Source: a virus
Taxonomy: Duplodnaviria; Caudoviricetes
Virus record (IMG/VR): IMGVR_UViG_3300033463_000039
Coordinates: 53,994 to 117,993 of that record
Direction: 5' to 3' (one strand)
Length of the DNA stretch: 64,000 nucleotides
Shown piece by piece: positions 48,513-57,761 of this stretch. The notes below the pieces were generated by a model. The model made no database searches and was not told the origin of the DNA. It saw nothing but the letters and a program-made list of their open reading frames with translations. Numbering within the stretch: the stretch's first letter is position 1; each line of letters begins with the position of its first letter. The position numbers and the translations under genes are program-made.

Positions 48513-49040
48513 TTAATCCCACAAATCCCAAAAGTATTTAGTAAATAATTCAAATGCTTTTTCTTTACATTCATTTCTATATATATAAATTTCTTTATCT
48601 TTATTAAACATATCAGTTTTTATTTGTTGATATTCTCTATATCGATCTGGTTCACAAATTCTGAATTTATTCCAATTTCTTTCGTTTGCTTTATTCCATT
48701 CTTCACAATCTTTTATTTTTATATCCTCTGTTGAAAGTCCACCAAATTTTAATATATATGGAGGAAGTTCAAAATTCATATATTTTTTAGTAAGTTCTTC
48801 AACTTCATTTTGTCTTGAACAAGTATCTTCATTAGCCTCTCTAAAATAATATATCATTTGATTTAGTATTTTAGTCCATTCTCTATCTTCTAAATTGCCA
48901 GGATATCCATGTCTTTTCTCATTAAATTCAGTTAACATATTTGGAACAACAGTAAGAAACCAATAACTTATATCATATAAATCACTATCACAATAACCTT
49001 TTTCTTGTCTTTGTTTTTTCATTTTTCTTTTAAAAAACAT
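48513..49040 (-). CDS. Hypothetical phage protein
   Basis: Intact ORF ending AFELFTKYFWDLWD. Confidence 0.7.
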   Translation of the reverse strand: MFFKRKMKKQRQEKGYCDSDLYDISYWFLTVVPNMLTEFNEKRHGYPGNLEDREWTKILNQMIYYFREANEDTCSRQNEVEELTKKYMNFELPPYILKFGGLSTEDIKIKDCEEWNKANERNWNKFRICEPDRYREYQQIKTDMFNKDKEIYIYRNECKEKAFELFTKYFWDLWD

Positions 49041-49053
49041 AATTATCCCTCCT

Positions 49054-49440
49054 CTAAGTCGGCATCTGTGCCTTCTTAACTATTTCTACTTTTGCAATAA
49101 AATTACCTAATTTAAAAGTAATAAATTTTCCTCCATTTCTTGTATAAGGAATATTTAATTCTTTTAATTTATTACATATTTTAACTATTATTTCTTCTTT
49201 AGTATCATCTCTAAAAGCTTTTTTATTATCATTTTCAAGAAAAGCTTTTGCTTCTTTTAAACGAACATCATATATTTTATTATTAACTAATACTAAATTA
49301 AAAATACCATCTCCAGTAAGAGAATATTTTCTTTTATATTGATTATAATTATCATTAAAAATAGATTTTAAAAATACTGTACCAAAATTATAATCATACT
49401 CCCAAAAGTAATCAACTTTTTTATTAAAAAACTTTTCCAT
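49054..49440 (-). CDS. Hypothetical protein
   Basis: Intact ORF with promoter and RBS. Confidence 0.65.
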   Translation of the reverse strand: MEKFFNKKVDYFWEYDYNFGTVFLKSIFNDNYNQYKRKYSLTGDGIFNLVLVNNKIYDVRLKEAKAFLENDNKKAFRDDTKEEIIVKICNKLKELNIPYTRNGGKFITFKLGNFIAKVEIVKKAQMPT

Positions 49441-49577
49441 TTCTTTTTATCCCTTTCTTTATTATAAATATATTATATTATATTTTTTTATAAAAATCAA
49501 TATGAATAATGCGGAAGCCCATAAAAAGACCTCCGCAATAAAAAGTTGCTTATACTAAAATTAAAAAATCATATGTT

Positions 49578-49979
49578 TTATTTGATTTCAATATTCTTCT
49601 TTGCTATTTTCTTTTGTTCAATCTTAGGAATAGTTATATAAAGCAAACCATTCTTAGCTTGTGCTTGAATATTTTCTAGGTCTAAGGCCTTATCATCAAC
49701 AGCGAGTCTTGATGACATTGAGTACTCTTTACCTGTTATTTCATCTTTTGTTTTACCTTCTATAACTAAATAAGATGTATTACTCTCATGTTCTCTTGAA
49801 ATTTTTAAATCTTCTTTATTAATTCCTAAAATATTATGAGTAATTATTATTTTATCATTTTTATGATATGCAGAATAGGGTTTCATATCTTTCTCATCTC
49901 TATTGAAACGATAAAATTTCCTATCCCAGTCAAATCAATCTTCATCCCAAAATAATTTCATTAATCCATCATTTAACAT
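49578..49979 (-). CDS. Small heat-shock protein, Hsp20/alpha-crystallin (code 4)
   Basis: GINKEDLKI...IQAQAKNGLLYITIPK; true start ATG 49979 with GGAGG RBS, through one TGA (FWDED-W-FDW). Confidence 0.85.
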
Positions 49980-50020
49980 ACTAAAACCTCCTATTAAAAA
50001 ATCATTTTAGTATAAGCAAA

Positions 50021-50097
50021 TGGTGGAGCTAAGGAGAGTCGAACTCCTGACCCCCTGCTTGCAAGGCAGATGCTCTAGCCAACTGAGCTACAGCCCC
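50021..50097 (-). tRNA. tRNA-Ala(TGC)
   Basis: Canonical, G3-U70, loop CTTGCAA, CCA. Confidence 0.95.
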
Positions 50098-50333
50098 ATA
50101 TATTTCCAAACAGTATTACTTTTATTTAAAAATTGTTTCATCTTTTTCCATGATTTTAAAGTCATACGATAAAGACCTAATTTTTCAAGATAAATACCTC
50201 TGTCTTTTTTGTTAGAAGAAACATGCTGTAATTCATTTTCAATGTTTATATCAAATTCATCAAAACCTCTAGAATTAACTGGTAAAAATTCTTCTTCTTC
50301 TTTATCATATTTTGCACATACTTCTATAATCAT
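50088..50333 (-). CDS. Hypothetical protein (last codons overlap tRNA-Ala 5' end)
   Basis: ORF with GGAGG RBS. Confidence 0.55.
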   Translation of the reverse strand: MIIEVCAKYDKEEEEFLPVNSRGFDEFDINIENELQHVSSNKKDRGIYLEKLGLYRMTLKSWKKMKQFLNKSNTVWKYMGL

Positions 50334-50396
50334 TTATTACCCTCCTATATTAAAAGCGGGAAGGGAGAAATTTTGTTAATCTCCGCTGCCCGCACT

Positions 50397-51239
50397 TTAG
50401 TTCTTTGATAATAAAATATTGGTAATTCTGGAAAGACTTTTTCATACTTTCAAGTTGGATAAATAATCGTATTATTCTGTCATAAAGTGAGATTGATACT
50501 CACAAGATTAGCATAGATTGGAGTTGTATAGAAGATCCCGCGTCTTCTACAAATATACCTGCGTTCTCTGGATTTCCTGCTGGCGCCTAAGCCACATTGT
50601 TATAGATAATTTTACTTATCTTCAACCATAAATGCAACACTTCTAATATTATATCTGGAAAGATTATAATATAGCTTGCACCCAATCGCTTAGCAACTTT
50701 CTCTAACCTTTTTATATTTTTACCTATTGGCTTTGGTTAAGCAACCTATTGACGATATTTCAATCGTTACCATCATAGTCCTCTATAGCATCTACTATTA
50801 TTAAGGTACTTACTTATGTAAGGAAATACTTCTTCCAGCGTATTTCAATAATATAAAAAATAGTATTTAGTTATCTATATAATAAAATGGTGGCCGCCAT
50901 TTTATTCTGCTAAAAGCACATATAGAGAGAGATTGATTACTCTCAACCATTCAGGGTTCATGTTCCTATATTTAATAATCCACGGTTTTATGCTATCTAC
51001 TCATTGCCCTCTTATTTCAACCGCAGTAGGTAATCCTTAACTTGTTTGCTTCGCTACTAGCACATAGTCTCTACCTACGAGATCAATGATACTTTATACT
51101 TATTATTTAGACAGCCCTCTTCCCTCATACTTCTGTATTATATGACGAATCTTTTGAATTCGTGTAAAGAGGCACTCTTAGAACGAAACCATTCTTTTTT
51201 GAGTTACTAAATTACAATATTTTATTATCAAAGAACTAA
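50397..51239 (-). ncRNA. Candidate large structured ncRNA (~840 nt)
   Basis: No track ORF; ends are a perfect 25-bp inverted repeat (50397-50421 and 51215-51239); lies in the tRNA cluster. Confidence 0.55.
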
Positions 51240-51441
51240 TATAAAATTCCAGATAGTCGAGAGTGCAGTTTCAATCACTCGCATTTCCGCTGAGGTTGCG
51301 TTTTACCTTAATTCTATATGGGAGATGGCCCTCCCTCGTCCTCGCATTGGAACTATATTTTCTTCTCGCCTTTTAATACTTGGCTATCAACTATCTTTGA
51401 TATATTTATTATATGAAAAAATTTTTTAAAAGTCAAAATTT

Positions 51442-51672
51442 TTATATAGAAAAATAACAAATTGATAAAGCTTTTACATCTGCATATTCTTTTTTTAATT
51501 CTTCAATGCGGGCTTCCGCATCTTTATTATCTCCTTGAATTTTTTCAGTATATAAAACTTTATATGGGATTTTTTCTCCACTAAATGGAGGTCCCCACCC
51601 TTGAGTTACTACTATTTTTTTATGATGAATTTTAGGTTTTACATAAGCTTCAGCTTGTTTTTTTATTGCCAT
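51442..51672 (-). CDS. Hypothetical protein
   Basis: ORF with strong RBS. Confidence 0.6.
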   Translation of the reverse strand: MAIKKQAEAYVKPKIHHKKIVVTQGWGPPFSGEKIPYKVLYTEKIQGDNKDAEARIEELKKEYADVKALSICYFSI

Positions 51673-52063
51673 GTTTTTTCTCCTCTCCTTTTAAATATAA
51701 TACAAATATTTTTTATTAACGCAATTTATTTGGGGAAGCGGCTACGTTCTCCGCTTCGATAGAAATTTATTACCACATACAGTATGTCATTAACTTGCTA
51801 GTTCCCAATCCCTAGAATTTCATAACTGAGAACTTATGGATTTCAGTAAGTCCACTAGTTTGAACCTTTCCATCTCACTGACTTTTGAATGACTTTACTT
51901 GTTAACTTACTCCATTTCCTGACCATTACTATCAGGCTCGGCTGTTAGATACCCATTTTGGTCCCGGGCGATTTATCGACATCAGATATCACTCTATTAT
52001 CCTCAAATAATCAAGCTAGACAAGCCTTATTCTAACTGTATTATCGATTAAGTCGAACCCAGG

Positions 52064-52137
52064 TGGCACCGAAGGCTTGATTCAAACAAACATAACTAGT
52101 TTTGGAGACTAGGGTCCTATCATTAGACGACTTCGGT
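52064..52137 (-). tRNA. tRNA-Trp(CCA), degenerate D and T loops
   Basis: Stem CTAGT/ACTAG, loop CTCCAAA, G73, CCA; T loop TTTGAAT, D loop lacks GG. Confidence 0.75.
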
Positions 52138-52148
52138 ATATAAAAATA

Positions 52149-52244
52149 TGGCACGGGACCAAGGACTTGAACCCTGACCCGAGGTTTTGGAGACCCCGCT
52201 TTACGGTTTTGAAGACCGCTGTGCTACCATTACACTAGTCCCGT
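52149..52244 (-). tRNA. tRNA-Trp(TCA) opal decoder with a second anticodon-like arm (CCA) in the variable region
   Basis: ACGGGAC TA GTGT AATGGTA GCAC A GCGGT-CTTCAAA-ACCGT AAAG CGGGGT-CTCCAAA-ACCTCG GGT CAGGG-TTCAAGT-CCTTG GTCCCGT G CCA. Confidence 0.85.
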
Positions 52245-52466
52245 ATCAATGTTTGTATAAGTTAAGTTTTTTTTTGCTTAACTTTATATATTTATTATAA
52301 TAAAAAATTTATATAAAATCAATATAAAAAAAATTAGGTTATTATTTATAAAAAACAATAACCTAACACATCGATAGAAAGAAGGCATAGCAATAGTCAA
52401 AATGACTATCACTAATATTATATAAATTTTAATACATATTAATTAATCTATTTTGCTTAATTTATA

Positions 52467-53183
52467 TTAATATCAACCCTTCTTTAAAAAAGAATTTCAT
52501 GCGGCAGTTGGACTCCCATATCTTTGTTGAATATATTTTAGTCCCCATCTTATTTGAGTTTTATAATTTGTTTGTCAATCAGATCCCTCACTTGCCATTT
52601 TACTTCCTGGAAGTGCTTGTGGGATTCCATAAGCTCCAGAACTTTTATTTTTTGAATAAGGATTTCATTTACTTTCTTTATCTCATAACTTTACTAAACA
52701 TTGAAAATCATTATCAGACCAACCATATTGACTAAATAAACTATAAGCATATTGCTGATATTCATTTTTAGGTACTGCCGCAGATTGTTGAATTTTTTCT
52801 TGTTTTTTAATTATTGTTTTTTCTGTAGAAATATATTTACTAAAAATATATCTTTCTTCTTCTTTCCAAATAATTTTTGATCAGTCGCCTTCTTCTCCTA
52901 TTTTTGTTAATTCTGTATTAATTCCAACAGTAGTAATAATTTGACTTTCTTTTGAGGCTGCCGCTCTTATATTTACTGTAGTAGTTGTATAAACAATACT
53001 ACTTTGTATTTCTTCTTTTTCTTCTTCTATTGTAACATTTTCTTCAATTATTATATTTTCTATATAATTAGTATTTTCTTTTTTCTTATTTTCTATATTA
53101 GAAATTTTTTTACAAGCAGAAACTATAATAAGTAAAGTCAATAGCATACAACAAAGAAGATATATTCATTTCTTCTCTTTCAT
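52467..53183 (-). CDS. SH3b plus lytic transglycosylase (SLT-like) protein (code 4)
   Basis: TTTVNIRAAAS SH3b; with TGA=W: CLVKLWDKESKWNPYSKNKSSGAYGIPQALPGSKM...QIRWGLKYIQQRYGSPTAAW...KGWY. Confidence 0.9.
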
Positions 53184-53186
53184 ATA

Positions 53187-53510
53187 TTATAAACCTAAAC
53201 TCCTTAATAATTCAGATACATTTGCTTTTTCTTCTTCTGTTGGCTCTATATGTTCAATTTCTTTCTTTTCTACTGGTTTATCTTCAAAATTAATTTCATT
53301 TAAATTTCCAGTTGATCCTGGAATAGCATTCTCAGAATCTGGAGTTACATTTTCTTTTGCACAAGTTAAAGAAACTTTTATTTGAATTGGTAAACCATCT
53401 TCTTCTCCACAAATTCTAATTTCTTTTCCGCCATTATATAAAAAAGCACCATCAAATGTTTTTAATATTTTTTCTATAATCTCACCTTTTAATATTGCAC
53501 CTTTAGCCAT
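53187..53510 (-). CDS. Hypothetical protein
   Basis: Intact ORF. Confidence 0.65.
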   Translation of the reverse strand: MAKGAILKGEIIEKILKTFDGAFLYNGGKEIRICGEEDGLPIQIKVSLTCAKENVTPDSENAIPGSTGNLNEINFEDKPVEKKEIEHIEPTEEEKANVSELLRSLGL

Positions 53511-54318
53511 TTCTTTCTTCTTCCTCCTCTTTTTTCTTTTTAGTAACTATTAAATTTGCTTTTTCTAATGACTTAGATAAATCTATAATTTCATAACATA
53601 ACTTACAATTATCTCCTTTTAAACAGCGGCAGCCGCATCGAGTTCTTTTTTGCGCAAACTCAGGAATAATAAATCTACTATCTAAATTTTCTTGTAAATC
53701 AATTATTATTTCTTTTAAATTTCCAAATCATTTTTTATCTTTTTTATATATTTTATAATAAATATTAAAATTATTTATATCTCCATAAAATTCACATACA
53801 TCAATATATGGTTCATAAATAGAAATATCTTCAGGTCTAATTCAAAACTTAGTTATATCATTATTATCAGTTCAACTTGTTTGTGCTATATTTGGAAAAG
53901 TTCTTATTTGAATATTATTATTTTTTGCTATTTTAGAAATTTTATCTAATTCAAATCCTAATAATTCAGTAATATAAATATCTGTAACTCTATAATTAAC
54001 TAGCCCAATAAAAGTGCTTCAAGTATTAGCTTTTATATCAAAAAATAATTTAATATCTTTATATGTTTCTTTTATTTTATCTATTTCTGGTGTTCTTTTT
54101 ATAAATTTTAAATAAAAATTTTTATTATTTAAATCTAATATTTTTTTAACATTTTCTAATGTTGCATTTTCTTCATTAAAACAAATATTAAATCTTTTGT
54201 TTTGTTCATTATTTAACTTTGTTAAAGCTTCTAAAGATAAAATTTTATCATATTGAATATTTATTTCATCTATATCTGAAGGAATATTATTTTTATTAAA
54301 ATCAATACAATATTTCAA
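53503..54318 (-). CDS. Peptidase U32-like protein with Cys-rich C-terminus (code 4)
   Basis: Readthrough of TGA 54021 gives ...F-W-IRPEDI...K-W-FGNL...CGCRCLKGDNCKLC. Confidence 0.6.
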
Positions 54319-54329
54319 AATTTCCTCCT

Positions 54330-54695
54330 TTATTTCTTTTTATATACTCTAAAAATTCCATCATCAGTTCTTACAATCTCTTTAGTAATTAAATTTTCTT
54401 TTTCTAATTGAGTTAATCTAGAAACTATTTTTTGTTTACTAACTTCTATTTTTAAAATATCAATAATATCTTGAATTGTTTTTGTTTTATCTGTTTCTAA
54501 TATTGATAAAATTTTATTTTTTAAATCATCTTGTTCTTTTTTCTTTTGCTCATTACGCTTTTTAGCTCCTGCCGCCTTTTTGTCAACAGAAGCAATCTGA
54601 TTATTTAAAAAATAAATTAATTCATTTTTTTCTAAATCATCTGATTTGTATAAAATTTTAATTATTTTTTCAAAATATTCTTTTTTTGTTTTCAT
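54330..54695 (-). CDS. Small winged-helix-like protein, family A (divergent)
   Basis: LIYFLNNQIASVDKK...TIQDI...SKQKIVSRLTQL. Confidence 0.65.
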   Translation of the reverse strand: MKTKKEYFEKIIKILYKSDDLEKNELIYFLNNQIASVDKKAAGAKKRNEQKKKEQDDLKNKILSILETDKTKTIQDIIDILKIEVSKQKIVSRLTQLEKENLITKEIVRTDDGIFRVYKKK

Positions 54696-54786
54696 TTTTT
54701 ATTCCTTTTTAGATAATATATATTTTATTATATATTAAATTTTCTAAAAAATCAAAAAAAAAGATATGCGGCCGCGCATATCTATT

Positions 54787-55047
54787 TTAATAATTTGCAT
54801 ATATCCAATCTAATAATTCATGTTCATCTGCTATTGTTAATTCATCGCTATCTATATTTAATTCTTGCATTACTTTTTCTAAAAATTTTAATTTACTATT
54901 AAAAGGATTTGCTATATAATTATTTTTTATATAATTTTGTATATCATTTTTTAAAATAGCTGAGTTTCTAATATGAAATCTTATCCCATCTATAAATAAA
55001 TTATTTCCATCTTTTGTCGGATCCATCGGATTATCAAATTTGAACAT
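54787..55047 (-). CDS. Hypothetical protein
   Basis: Intact ORF. Confidence 0.6.
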   Translation of the reverse strand: MFKFDNPMDPTKDGNNLFIDGIRFHIRNSAILKNDIQNYIKNNYIANPFNSKLKFLEKVMQELNIDSDELTIADEHELLDWIYANY

Positions 55048-55048
55048 T

Positions 55049-55231
55049 TTATTTTTCCCCTTCCTTTTTTTCTTTAAAAATTTTTTTGTCTATAAAGAAA
55101 AATATTATTCCGCCTATTAAGTTTGCTATTATTGTATTTGTTAATGTTGAAAAATGTAAATTTTTTAAACATAATGCTAATACAGGAGTACTTAATTGCC
55201 ATCTTATTAAATATAGTATAAATTTTTTCAT
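55049..55231 (-). CDS. Small GtrA-like membrane protein
   Basis: LYLIRWQLSTPVL...IIANLIGGIIFFFIDKKIF. Confidence 0.55.
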   Translation of the reverse strand: MKKFILYLIRWQLSTPVLALCLKNLHFSTLTNTIIANLIGGIIFFFIDKKIFKEKKEGEK

Positions 55232-55617
55232 TAATTTTCCTCTCATATTTTTATGTTCTATCTTACATATTCATCTTCAATTTCTTCAATTTTCTTTTGT
55301 ATTTCTATTGCAATAGGTCTATCTTTATATTTTTCTTTTAATTTTTTTAATTCATCTAAACTACAAACGCCCCAATGAAATCTAGTATAATCTAGCTCTT
55401 CTTCTTCTAACTCACTCATATTTTTATTTCTCCTTTGTTATTTTATTTATTTCTTTTTCTAATATTTCTATTAAATCAAGTAAATTTAATATTTGTAAAT
55501 TATTTGTATTTTCTTTAATTTTTCTTTTTATATAATCAAATTCTCATTTCTCTTCATAAGTCATTATAATTATCTCCCTTTATTTTTATAATATAAAATA
55601 ATTTTAAAATTATCAAT

Positions 55618-55881
55618 TTATTCCTCTATCAAATAACCAAATTTTTCTTTCAATAAATTTTTTAAATCTTTATTTTCTTTTTCTAATTGTTGAATATAAT
55701 TAAAAATTAATGCACTATCTAAATTATTTCTTACTTCTTTTTTTGTTTCTTCTTTTATAAAATTTTTTAAATCTATTTCATTTGATAAAATATTCTTTTT
55801 ACTATAATCATAAAAAGTAAAAGCTCCTCCAGGATATACTTGTCCATTTGAATAAATTTTTCTATCTGTACATATTTCCAT
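55618..55881 (-). CDS. Hypothetical protein
   Basis: Intact ORF with RBS. Confidence 0.55.
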   Translation of the reverse strand: MEICTDRKIYSNGQVYPGGAFTFYDYSKKNILSNEIDLKNFIKEETKKEVRNNLDSALIFNYIQQLEKENKDLKNLLKEKFGYLIEE

Positions 55882-55985
55882 ATTTAATCTCCTTTAAATA
55901 TTTTTATTAAAATTAAAATTACTAAAATTGGACTTAATATAATACTTAAAATACATAATAAATTTATAATTAAATCAATCATTTT

Positions 55986-56519
55986 TTACCTTTCTTCATA
56001 TTCTTTTTTTAATCTTTGCATTTCTCTTTTTTCTTTTCTTCTTTGTTTTTCTAATAATTGTTGTTTTGTTAATTTTGTATTTATAGGCTTATCATAATCA
56101 AAAGCTTGAATCTCCATGTAATCAGTATTTAAATCAATATCAATTTTTCCACTGTCTATAACTGTTTCTGTTGAAAGAGTAACAAAATCTAATTTTCATT
56201 GTCTAATATGATTATTAACTATTTCTTCTTGATTTCTTGGAAGAGAATGCATATATCTATGTGCTAATTCACTTACTTCAGCCCCATTTTCATTACTTGT
56301 TGGGCCCCCTTCACTTTTATGTTGTAAATGATGATAATTCATTCTCTTTTTTAATATAGCAATTTCTTTTGAGGTAAAATGTTGTTCTTTTATAAATTGT
56401 TTATATCCTTTTATCTTAGGTAATGTTGAAATATATTCCTCAGCCTTCGATCTCTCAAACATACACCCCTTGCCATAAATTCGTTCTAATTCTTCTCGCT
56501 TCTTTTTATTGCTTGGCAT
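55986..56519 (-). CDS. HNH-like endonuclease (code 4)
   Basis: YHHLQHKSEGGPTSNENG...AHRYMH; continues 69 codons past TGA 56198. Confidence 0.65.
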
Positions 56520-56664
56520 TTTTTCTATCCTTTTTATTTTTTATATATAAATAATATAACAGATTTTTAAAAATTTCAAGTAAACTATTCTTTTTGCTTT
56601 TTAAAAAATTTTTTCTTATAATTTTTTTATAAAAGCTTTCATCAAATGGAAAGGAGTTGATGAT

Positions 56665-57033
56665 ATGAAAATAATACAAAATAAATTCTTTTGTACTGAA
56701 TGTGGAAAACAAGGAATTTCTATTATTAGACAAGAGAACCAACAAAGAGAAACAGGACATTTAAAAAAATTATATTGTTTAAACTGTAAAAAAGAAACTA
56801 ATCATGCGGAAATTCGTGAAGTAAGCAATTATACTGAAGAAGATTTTCAAAAAGAATTTGAACTAGGCAGATTTGATCGCGGCCGCCGCATAGAACAAAA
56901 AAAATTAACGCTTTGTACTAATTTAAAATGTAAATATAATATAAATAAATTTTGTTGGAATGCAAATAAAAGCTTTAAATGTTCTCATAGAAGATATGAT
57001 AATAAGAAAGAGGTGCTTAATGAGTCAATATAA
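56665..57033 (+). CDS. Zn-ribbon protein
   Basis: CTECG...GHLKKLYCLNCKKETNH. Confidence 0.65.
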   Translation: MKIIQNKFFCTECGKQGISIIRQENQQRETGHLKKLYCLNCKKETNHAEIREVSNYTEEDFQKEFELGRFDRGRRIEQKKLTLCTNLKCKYNINKFCWNANKSFKCSHRRYDNKKEVLNESI

Positions 57034-57478
57034 AATAACAAAAGCTTGGTATGATGAAAATACTGGAATATCATATGCAGAGATAATGACAAAATTTGGA
57101 GTGTTCTCTGGAACAAGTCAATTACATGAAGAAGATAAAGATATTGCTTCTAAATTTCAAGGGTGTGAATATGCAAAAGTACGAGCTATTAAAAAATATT
57201 TAAAAGCTAAAAGAAGAAAAATAAAAGCAAAAATTGACATTTTAAAAAATATTATAGATAATTTTACTAAATTAAAAGGTTATAATCCTTATTCAAATGA
57301 AGCTAAATATGTTAAAAAACAGTATTATATACAAAATGCAGAATTTAAAAAAGTAAATCAATCTATTGAAAATTTAGATAATTATTTAAATCAAAAAATG
57401 GAAAATTATAGAAAAGATAAAGAACAATTCTATAAGAAAATAGAAGAAAAACGCGGCGGTCCGCAAGAAAATAAATAA
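57020..57478 (+). CDS. Hypothetical protein
   Basis: ATG 57020 after GAGGTG RBS. Confidence 0.65.
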   Translation: MSQYKITKAWYDENTGISYAEIMTKFGVFSGTSQLHEEDKDIASKFQGCEYAKVRAIKKYLKAKRRKIKAKIDILKNIIDNFTKLKGYNPYSNEAKYVKKQYYIQNAEFKKVNQSIENLDNYLNQKMENYRKDKEQFYKKIEEKRGGPQENK

Positions 57479-57595
57479 AATTACTAAAAAAATTCTAAAA
57501 AAGGATTACCTCTTCATTAGAGGTAATTTTTTTTGATTTTAGTAAAAAATTGTAATATAATTTATATATATGATTTTAAGAAAGGAGAGAGAATT

Positions 57596-57751
57596 ATGGT
57601 AAAAATTAAATTTCAATATAGAGATAGCTATTCTTACCCTAATTGGAATACTCAAGAATGTATTGTTGAGTCAATAGAAGAATGCAAAGAAATATATGGT
57701 TTAGGGCGAGATTGTGAATATGAAATTTTAAAAGTAGAAGATGTAAAATAA
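57596..57751 (+). CDS. Small hypothetical protein
   Basis: ATG 57596 after promoter and AGGAG. Confidence 0.55.
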   Translation: MVKIKFQYRDSYSYPNWNTQECIVESIEECKEIYGLGRDCEYEILKVEDVK

Positions 57752-57761
57752 AGGAGATAAT

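Noticed and set aside
52149-52244. tRNA-Sec call (UCA anticodon plus long variable arm)
   Set aside because: The fold is 7/5 with a 4-bp D stem rather than the bacterial Sec 8/5 fold with a 6-bp D stem, the extra arm is a Trp anticodon arm, and TGA sits at Trp positions in the proteins
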